Below are positions 36,501-42,765 of a stretch of 59,154 nucleotides of DNA, in pieces. This DNA comes from a virus (Duplodnaviria; Caudoviricetes), in the IMG/VR virus record IMGVR_UViG_3300005326_000009, positions 1 to 59,154 of that record. One strand, written 5' to 3'. The notes beneath the pieces are model-generated. The model did not search any database. It was not told the origin of the DNA and saw only the letters and a list, made by a program, of their open reading frames with translations. How positions within the stretch are numbered: the first letter of the stretch is position 1; each line of letters begins with the position of its first letter. A program made the position numbers and the translations under genes.

Positions 36501-38635
36501 CCCGGTACGTTTTGCGCCCATCCCGCAGCCTCTAACGCGGCACGAGCAGCAGCCGACAGATTACGCGGCAAGTCTACTGCCGCTCCTGCCTCATGATAGG
36601 AATGCCCTGGTCTTGCCGCTCTCCCTGCCCCATACTGATTATATAAACGTTGTTGGTCAGCACGGGAACGGCCAGCGTTACCACCGGATACTCGAATACC
36701 GAACCGCTGCAAGATAGGAGCGATAGAGTTAGCCGCTCCCGCAGCAAGCCAGCCTCCCCCAGGAATACGACGAGTCCCCGCAAGCATGGAAGCGCTAAAG
36801 GTTTCTGCGAGAGAGCTACCCATGCTTTTCATCAAGCTTTCAATCCCTCCCCGCATTCCCCCGACACCTTTCTTTAACCCCTCCATCAAGTTGACACCAA
36901 CGTTGAACATCTCTTTAGACGGCGAAGAGATACCCAACGCGCGTTTGATAGCGTTGACAATGCGCCGTCCAATGTCAGTAATCCAAGAGATAATACCGGA
37001 AACCTTTGACTTAGCTCCATCCCACAGCGCTTGCAGCATCTCCCTACCAGCAGCTAACCAGTTACCTACCGTAGACTTGATAGCGCTCCACATGGACTTT
37101 AACCAACCAAGCCATGTGTTCAACATCGCACGGCACTTACTGATAATAACATTACCAATAGCCGTTGCCGCACTCGTGAGCACTTGCTTAATCGCATTCC
37201 ATGCCGCTACTGTGGCATTCCTAACGCTATTCCACAGACCGGAGAAGAAAGCTCTAATCTTAGACCAATGCTTGATAACCAATCCTTCAGGCGTATAGTT
37301 AAGGAACATGTTCTTTAACCATTCCCACGCTACTCGAAAGACCGTCTTCACTCCCTCCCACAGCGCTCGGAAGAACGCAGTTATCTTATCCCAGTGTTTG
37401 ATAACCAAGCCTTGTGGCGTATAGTTAAGGAAGAGGTTCTTGATAAACTCCCACGCTTCCTTGAATCGCTTAGTTACCTCAGCCCATAACGCTTGGAAGA
37501 AGGCTTTAATCTTATCCCAGTTCTTGATAACCAAGTACACAGCAACCGCTAATGCGGTAATCGCTACCAGGATAAGACCGATAGGACTGGTAAAGAAAGG
37601 AATAAGTTTAGCGATATTCAACACCGCATGGAAAGCTTTGAATACTTTGATAACCCTTTCCAAGTTACCGATGATAGACCCTGCTACCATAAGCAGAGGA
37701 CCAGCAGCCGTGACAAACAGGACCAGACCAACCGCAGCTTTCTTAATCGGGTCCGGTAACTGACCAAACCATTTGGCAAAGTTACTGATATGCTTAGCCG
37801 CTCCTACCAAGGACTTAGTAAGCTGTTGAATCATCGGCATAAGAGACATCCCTATCTCAGTTGCCGCCTGCGTAACCATTTCCTTAGTACGTTTGAGAGC
37901 GTTAGAAGGGGAGTCAGCAGTTCGTGCCATGTCCCCTTGCGCCTTAGAGGTTCTATCCATAATCAAGGCGTAACGAGCTAATGCCTTGTCTTGCTCAGAG
38001 AGTACAACCTTATGCCCCTTGGAGGTCTTCACCAGGGTACCAAGTCCCATCTCCATAGCCTTAGTCTTAATGTTATCCTCGGTGAGCAAGATACCAAGTT
38101 GCTTAAGCGGTTCAATCTCTCCGCTAATTCCCGCGCGTAGCTTCTCGAATGCCTCCTCAGGTTTGAGGTTGTAGAAGGAAGCCATATCATAGGCAAGCTT
38201 CGTTAAGCCAGTAGCCATCTCATAGGACTTCTTTTCAGACAAACCCATCGACTGGTACATAACATCAAAGGTTGCCGCTTGCCGTTTGACCGCGTACTCG
38301 TTTAAGCCGAGAGCTTGTGACAAGTTCTTCGCCCATGCGTTTGCTTGCCCTGTCATGCCTTTGAAAGATTCCTTAACGAGGTTTTCCGATTCGACAGCAT
38401 CCATACCAAGCTTAAGAATCCCCGCTCCTGCCGCTGCCAAGGGAAGGGAAACATACTTAGACAAGCCAGCACCAACGGATGACAGGGACTTACCGAGGTG
38501 TTGCATCTTTGACTCAGCGCTAGACGCTTCCCCCGCAAGCCCCTGTACCTTGTTCTTGGCAGCATCCATTGACTGACCAAGGGAACCGGTATCAATCTTC
38601 ATCGCAACAAGCAGTTCACCTACAGTCAGCGCCAT
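33554..38635 (-). CDS. Tape measure protein with an embedded M15-family peptidoglycan peptidase domain
   Basis: 1693 aa, Ala/Gly-rich and helical, Trp repeats, I.SPS motifs; RS..DQ..LY...AARPG.S.HE.G.AVD...EPWH. Confidence 0.92.
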   Translation of the reverse strand: MALTVGELLVAMKIDTGSLGQSMDAAKNKVQGLAGEASSAESKMQHLGKSLSSVGAGLSKYVSLPLAAAGAGILKLGMDAVESENLVKESFKGMTGQANAWAKNLSQALGLNEYAVKRQAATFDVMYQSMGLSEKKSYEMATGLTKLAYDMASFYNLKPEEAFEKLRAGISGEIEPLKQLGILLTEDNIKTKAMEMGLGTLVKTSKGHKVVLSEQDKALARYALIMDRTSKAQGDMARTADSPSNALKRTKEMVTQAATEIGMSLMPMIQQLTKSLVGAAKHISNFAKWFGQLPDPIKKAAVGLVLFVTAAGPLLMVAGSIIGNLERVIKVFKAFHAVLNIAKLIPFFTSPIGLILVAITALAVAVYLVIKNWDKIKAFFQALWAEVTKRFKEAWEFIKNLFLNYTPQGLVIKHWDKITAFFRALWEGVKTVFRVAWEWLKNMFLNYTPEGLVIKHWSKIRAFFSGLWNSVRNATVAAWNAIKQVLTSAATAIGNVIISKCRAMLNTWLGWLKSMWSAIKSTVGNWLAAGREMLQALWDGAKSKVSGIISWITDIGRRIVNAIKRALGISSPSKEMFNVGVNLMEGLKKGVGGMRGGIESLMKSMGSSLAETFSASMLAGTRRIPGGGWLAAGAANSIAPILQRFGIRVSGGNAGRSRADQQRLYNQYGAGRAARPGHSYHEAGAAVDLPRNLSAAARAALEAAGWAQNVPGEPWHWTYMPIARAMTAPSAIRQLRTAATTAGRAIGAGMEAGTRDQLAMHSPSRVYIQIGQTAVNSMTRGMQSRSTSVYDTARQLANILSTTPREYNQILRGVGAQFIDHLERGIRDGTIRAEQAMAQLLVRAYGVITRQKPKQVKAGQEIVNNIAAGARMVNLRINDAYFGMGQENITSMLQGLRSGTGNLLDVANSIVEGYIGYLDAQDRQMDTLGRDWVNKLAEGIRNGSISLWDAYRMMLERAGTIRKERQAQENLENKLNFTKKGIEESGAEVANAKAAMNAKQKIIEESIDKMRVTLRKKWKELGKGLSEDLVLGFMEGTNSAADLVLQSYEAIFAQRETLERLTSIFGNNLAREIMNASLGTQAEREAFLVRVKPIVDAAAALQFKKDMISAVVDATIAAQEKAAEAIRNNKELMKAILQAHLDAQQQAQENMLNTLANRGRGSTFSQIIDAINANVNAFFSEQQAYQEAVEKLGQEFVDWLSKGMLSGTLTAEMAADAVNKQIIKRLSYGKKEFMEMGRENAQAYASGMESVMSWISSGAPTGATDILGLVGQLFPKIGGSSWFGPLQSVVGGIGSGNMAGSLLGGIGMAVGGPIGGLVGGLLGGLFGKGGKKKQPSEAEQKAKQELQQQGYDITCAVVKGMVAAYPELKTATLDVWNTVTSTAKSKWNIKDLLKGVFGGGGGSSSSSVSSMVKTSALSELFLMTRKAVYEAAGISVKDEDTMIKKQREIGEKIIASLTAGMQAKFPGLKDVAAKVREMVEGTLKLGWKDSTDLFGRLSDTGSADKIVDALIASVPGLARKKDYLKGVVTNLLKTQANLWKGVAVDPAAMPVVGQAIIEGIIDGMKTAEPRLENVMAALSEAITAVMKEKLSISSPSRVFFKFGGHIIEGLVQGLLASRFKVAAAMGKVAGDLSNPSMLKRSAAISAGGPIGGLIQKIAGSKDTTVVIELDGKEIARKTLRVQGEMLRMKGVSI

Positions 38636-38639
38636 GATA

Positions 38640-39002
38640 CTACCTCTTCTTACGTTGGTCGTTTACCTTATCCGCAGGGAGTAAGGCAATTAACGCTTCG
38701 TCGCTCATGTGGTCCCCGTCTACAATACGTTCCGGTCTTTCGTCTAACGGCTTATCCCCCGCAGGGTCACACATAATATTATATGTGGAGTTAGGGCTTA
38801 GCCCTCGCATAAGCGTATAGAAGAATCGCCAGGAGAACTCGTAGTTGTCATCCTTCCAAACCTTGCGCAGTTCTATGTGATACTCCCGCAAGAAGTCAGC
38901 TTCCACATAAACCCATAACGCGAGGAACTTGAGAGGGTCTTCCCCCTGCCCTCCCCCATTGATAAGGTGGTGGGGGAAGTACCGCTTCTCTTCCTCGCTC
39001 AT
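38640..39002 (-). CDS. Tail assembly chaperone, C-terminal (frameshift extension) part
   Basis: Directly before the TMP and in the -1 frame relative to the upstream chaperone; EADF.REY...SWR.F..L..GL motif. Confidence 0.7.
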   Translation of the reverse strand: MSEEEKRYFPHHLINGGGQGEDPLKFLALWVYVEADFLREYHIELRKVWKDDNYEFSWRFFYTLMRGLSPNSTYNIMCDPAGDKPLDERPERIVDGDHMSDEALIALLPADKVNDQRKKR

Positions 39003-39364
39003 TCCACCAAAGGGTCTTCTACCTTCACAACTTGCTGGTCTCTCGCATGGGGGACAGCCCCTCCGCTATACGCGGCGATGATTTCCTTAATCATCTCAGC
39101 CATCACTTCCATAGAATAGTCGTTGCGGTCAAGTAGCTCTGCCATCATGGTCTCGCCCATAAATTTCTCTGCCAAGAAGATAACCTCATGGGCAGGAAGC
39201 TCTCCCCCGTTCTCATGTTGCAAGCGAAGAATACGCACCATAACGCTTGCTGGCAAGTCGGCAGGGAGTGTGTATTCCTTGTCAAAGATTTTTACGATAA
39301 GGGGTTCTTTTTCCGTTTCCTTACGGAAGGCGTCAAAGTCCAAGTAACGAGTGCTGTCAGACAT
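38999..39364 (-). CDS. Tail assembly chaperone
   Basis: Between tail tube and TMP; DFDAF..E......Y.LP..LP. Confidence 0.75.
   Translation of the reverse strand: MSDSTRYLDFDAFRKETEKEPLIVKIFDKEYTLPADLPASVMVRILRLQHENGGELPAHEVIFLAEKFMGETMMAELLDRNDYSMEVMAEMIKEIIAAYSGGAVPHARDQQVVKVEDPLVE
39008..39014 (-). other. -1 programmed ribosomal frameshift heptamer C CCT TTG
   Basis: X XXY YYZ in the correct phase. A -1 slip reads P-F-G-G-M-S-E into the 38640-39002 ORF. Confidence 0.7.
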
Positions 39365-39444
39365 ACGAAGTCTCCTTAGAAGTAGTTAGCCGTTTTTATA
39401 CGGAACGGCCAAACCGCTACACTGCCAAAAGGTAGTGCGTAGGC

Positions 39445-39882
39445 TTAGGCAATGGTAACTTGACCACTGACATTAAGCGTTGCTTTCCAGTCAGCAACCG
39501 CGTTAACGTCACCGCTCGGTCCCCCGACTTCCGCTGTGGCGTCAAACGTCCAAGTCGTACCCCCAGGGGTAGTCAACCGGAATCGGCCAATGGACGTAGG
39601 ACCAACATTGCGGGAGAGGCTTTCCACTGCTTCCTGCCCTGCATCCCGTGCCTTAGTCGCTACGTCTTCCATGAAGAAACCGTCAAGTGTAATAGTGAGA
39701 CCACGGGCAGCAACCATGTGCTCAGTCCAACCGTTGCTATCAAAGTCCGAAGTATCGACATCCTGCTTGTTAGGGTCAATACCAAACGCGCGGATACCAG
39801 CGATGTTAGTGTAAACATCCGGTCCCGTAGAAGTCCGAATATCCTTTCCCCAGTCACGGGCAAGTACCTTAGTAACTGCCAT
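39445..39882 (-). CDS. Major tail (tube) protein, short paralog
   Basis: DVDTSDFDSNGW.EH......TITLDG...D.GQ...W.ATL.VSG. Confidence 0.85.
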   Translation of the reverse strand: MAVTKVLARDWGKDIRTSTGPDVYTNIAGIRAFGIDPNKQDVDTSDFDSNGWTEHMVAARGLTITLDGFFMEDVATKARDAGQEAVESLSRNVGPTSIGRFRLTTPGGTTWTFDATAEVGGPSGDVNAVADWKATLNVSGQVTIA

Positions 39883-39916
39883 CTCTTTAACCTCCACAAG
39901 AATTGCCCGTAAGGGC

Positions 39917-40687
39917 TTAGGTAAGCGTTACCTGACCGCTCACGTTGAGCGTTGCTTTCCAGTCGGCACAGGCGTTAACATCGCCACTCGGACCACCGAC
40001 CTCAGCCGTAGCAGAGAAGTCCCACAAAGTACCCCCAGGGGTAATCATGCGGAAGGTTCCCAAGGAAGCGGGACCAACTTGCCGAGCAAGGGTTTCCACG
40101 AGTTGTTGACCAGGGTCTCGTCCACCGGTAGTAGCTCCCCCGAGCAGGTTAGACGCAGCCATCGCCGTTACAACACCAGCACCGGTTTCCCCTGTCGGTA
40201 CAGTGATAACTAACTCACCAGCCGTGGGGTCAGCCGCTCCCTCTACCGCAGCCTTCACTTGGTTAGCCGTAGAGGTCGCCAGTCCCCCTGCATCCGTTGC
40301 AACGGTAACCGTTACCGCGTTACCTACCACAGCTACCGAAAGAGGGGTATTGTTCCCCGAGACCACGTAAGCCACAGTGACCGAGTTACCCGCTGTACCC
40401 GTTACCGCTAAGGTATAAATCAGGTCATTGTTGGCACCGACAAGGTTGGTGCGCAAGAAAGCCGCAGTAGCCGTAGACGATTCCATAAAGAAACCGTCAA
40501 GTGTAATGGTAAGACCACGAGCCGCTACCATGTGCTCAGTCCAACCGTTACTGTCGAAGTCCGAGGTATCTACGTCTTGCTTGTTCGGGTCCGTACCGAA
40601 CGCGCGGATACCAGCGATGTTGTAATAGTTGCCCCCTGACTTAATGAACTTTTTCCAGTCACGAGCAAGAACCTTCGTTACTGCCAT
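39917..40687 (-). CDS. Major tail (tube) protein, long paralog with a ~110-aa insertion
   Basis: Near-identical N- and C-termini to 39445-39882 plus an inserted Ala/Val/Thr-rich domain. Confidence 0.85.
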   Translation of the reverse strand: MAVTKVLARDWKKFIKSGGNYYNIAGIRAFGTDPNKQDVDTSDFDSNGWTEHMVAARGLTITLDGFFMESSTATAAFLRTNLVGANNDLIYTLAVTGTAGNSVTVAYVVSGNNTPLSVAVVGNAVTVTVATDAGGLATSTANQVKAAVEGAADPTAGELVITVPTGETGAGVVTAMAASNLLGGATTGGRDPGQQLVETLARQVGPASLGTFRMITPGGTLWDFSATAEVGGPSGDVNACADWKATLNVSGQVTLT

Positions 40688-40692
40688 AGCCG

Positions 40693-41112
40693 TTACTCCC
40701 TATGCATAGTTTGATTGCGCACTTCTACTAACAGGTTAAGCGTATACTCTTGTCTCCCGTTAGCATCATCTCCCAAAGGATATGGAGGTTGCTGCGCAAA
40801 GCAACCTACCACATAGGTGCCGTCTGGTAACTCAGTATTCCCCAATCCTTGTAACAGGTTATAGACTTGCTGTGCTCTCACCGACACGGGGACAGGATTC
40901 ACGTCTTCCCCGCGAATGATGACTTGCACAGCTACCGTATCATACCCCAAACCCCCACTGGGCGCAAGCCCCCCGTATTCCCTTAAGTAAATAATGGAAT
41001 CCGGTACCTCGGGATACCTACCAATGAAGATAGTCGCGCTAGCGCTAGTCTCGCTATATACCCCAAGGCTATTGTTATGAAGATACCGAGCAAGCCCACG
41101 AATTACTATCAT
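40693..41112 (-). CDS. Tail terminator (minor capsid 3-like)
   Basis: VQVIIRG...LG.D.NGR.EY..N motif; gene position. Confidence 0.75.
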   Translation of the reverse strand: MIVIRGLARYLHNNSLGVYSETSASATIFIGRYPEVPDSIIYLREYGGLAPSGGLGYDTVAVQVIIRGEDVNPVPVSVRAQQVYNLLQGLGNTELPDGTYVVGCFAQQPPYPLGDDANGRQEYTLNLLVEVRNQTMHRE

Positions 41113-41444
41113 GCAAGTAACCTCTTTAATACCGCTCCAACGACTCCCTCCGCTCCTGTAGCAGCGAATGCCGCAACCTCAAGCCACTTACCAGTTTTCC
41201 CGTTAGCGAAGTGATACTCGGGATGCTCGTGCAGTCGGACGGCATAAGATGTATTGTACCCAACAAAGACGACTCCCCAGGCACGAGTTACCTTTCCCGT
41301 GCTACGCAACCTTCCCGTTCTTACAGGACAATTTAAGTTAGCAATACCAAGGATAATAGTACCGTAGGCTACTAAGCCATCGGTACCAGCGTCTACCATC
41401 TTCGCTATGACAGCATCCCCATACCACCTCAGTACTACGCTCAC
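41109..41444 (-). CDS. HK97 gp10-like neck/tail completion protein
   Basis: PVRTGRLRSTG...YNTSYAVRLHE...KWLE. Confidence 0.8.
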   Translation of the reverse strand: MSVVLRWYGDAVIAKMVDAGTDGLVAYGTIILGIANLNCPVRTGRLRSTGKVTRAWGVVFVGYNTSYAVRLHEHPEYHFANGKTGKWLEVAAFAATGAEGVVGAVLKRLLA

Positions 41445-41755
41445 TTGAGTAGACTCCCCCGGTAAAAGACAATATGCCCAAAGCCGTCTTCCTCCGGTTG
41501 CACACCAACTACCTTGTAAGTAACCCCCCGAAAGGTAACCCTCGCTTCATTTGTCAGGGCAATGTTAGGATGGACAAGAACAGTCCCATCCCTGACTACC
41601 ACAGGACCGTTTGCTCCTTGCTGTATCACTTGCTTGATTTGTACTACGGCAGGCACAAACTCCTTCTTCGTATAGACCGGACCAAGGGAGCTATCCCCCG
41701 TGCGCTGTTCAAGAGTAATCCTGTGTGGCATCATATAACTTGGAATCCTTCTCAT
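41441..41755 (-). CDS. Head closure (stopper) protein
   Basis: G....GPVY motif, size and position. Confidence 0.65.
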   Translation of the reverse strand: MRRIPSYMMPHRITLEQRTGDSSLGPVYTKKEFVPAVVQIKQVIQQGANGPVVVRDGTVLVHPNIALTNEARVTFRGVTYKVVGVQPEEDGFGHIVFYRGSLLK

Positions 41756-42162
41756 ACCGGTTCTCCATCATTCGTCAAGTAGGTCTCCTTCAAACCGGTT
41801 GGGTAGACATCCCGGTTAAGATACCCCTCCATAAAGAGGAAGCGCTTTGCACGGGGAGCAAGTACTTTCGGTTGCCTATTCATAATGACACCTCCCACAT
41901 TGGTATAAGTGTCACTGCTCGGTTGCAACCGGTCAAGCCCTTCTCCCACCTCCTCTAACCAATACTCCACTTGTGCGCACGTAGCATCCTTGATAGCCGT
42001 GGGTACCTCTGCCGTAGTAGCAGGTATCGTCCAATTCATGAAAGCCGCTTCATAGATAAGCTCACTTGCCCGTTGCGCCACACGAGACCAATCACTCGGT
42101 AAGTCAGAAGGTGAGCAACCGACAAAGGCTTGGTATTCGGTTGACGTGATAAAAGTAATCAT
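41752..42162 (-). CDS. Head-tail adaptor
   Basis: RASELI...AIKDATCAQVEYW...LAPRA..FL...G. Confidence 0.75.
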   Translation of the reverse strand: MITFITSTEYQAFVGCSPSDLPSDWSRVAQRASELIYEAAFMNWTIPATTAEVPTAIKDATCAQVEYWLEEVGEGLDRLQPSSDTYTNVGGVIMNRQPKVLAPRAKRFLFMEGYLNRDVYPTGLKETYLTNDGEPV

Positions 42163-42446
42163 GAGTAATACTCCCGCGTGATTAGTGCTCGGTTAAGCAT
42201 CTTCTTACCATTCGTATCGGTTGCCGAGAACTCTGCATACAGTTCATCGCTTCCCTCGGGGATAGTATAGTCAACTCGGTAAACACCAGGGCTTACCTTG
42301 TCTGCCACAGTAACGCTTACCGTTGCCCCTACTTGTCTACGCTCAGCATCATAGACCTTAAGTGTAATCCCTGTAGGGTCAACCGGTAAGTTATCCCAGT
42401 CCGTAAACGTAACGGTTAAGCGCACCGTGTTACCAGTAATTGCCAT
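42159..42446 (-). CDS. BppU-like/Ig-like virion protein
   Basis: GNTVRL.VTF.D.....DP....L.VYD...GVY..D. Confidence 0.55.
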   Translation of the reverse strand: MAITGNTVRLTVTFTDWDNLPVDPTGITLKVYDAERRQVGATVSVTVADKVSPGVYRVDYTIPEGSDELYAEFSATDTNGKKMLNRALITREYYS

Positions 42447-42486
42447 AACGCTCACCCCCTCCACAGTATACCACAAGCTGTCAATA

Positions 42487-42765
42487 ATGTAGTTAGTAGT
42501 ACGCGCGTAGGGAATATGGGGTACCCATAATAAGTGTTATCTTCCGGTTTCCCAAACCAATGAACAGACAAGAAAACCCGGCTTACACTTATAAGTACTA
42601 CTACCCGAGAACTACAAACTACACAAGTAACTACAAAGTAACTACATTTTTGAGCGTAAATAGCCTATGTAGTTAGTAAATGGGTTATTTATAAGACGGG
42701 AGAGCACTTTGATTATAATCAAAGTGGGTACCCCATAATTTCTACGCGCGTATTAGTAACTACAT
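42487..42765. repeat. Non-coding element with 41-bp terminal inverted repeats, AACTAC iterons and a 22-bp palindrome (copy B, homologous to 3811-4200)
   Basis: 42487-42527 versus 42725-42765 match at 36/41 positions as an inverted repeat; CACTTTGATTATAATCAAAGTG at 42705-42726. Confidence 0.85.
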
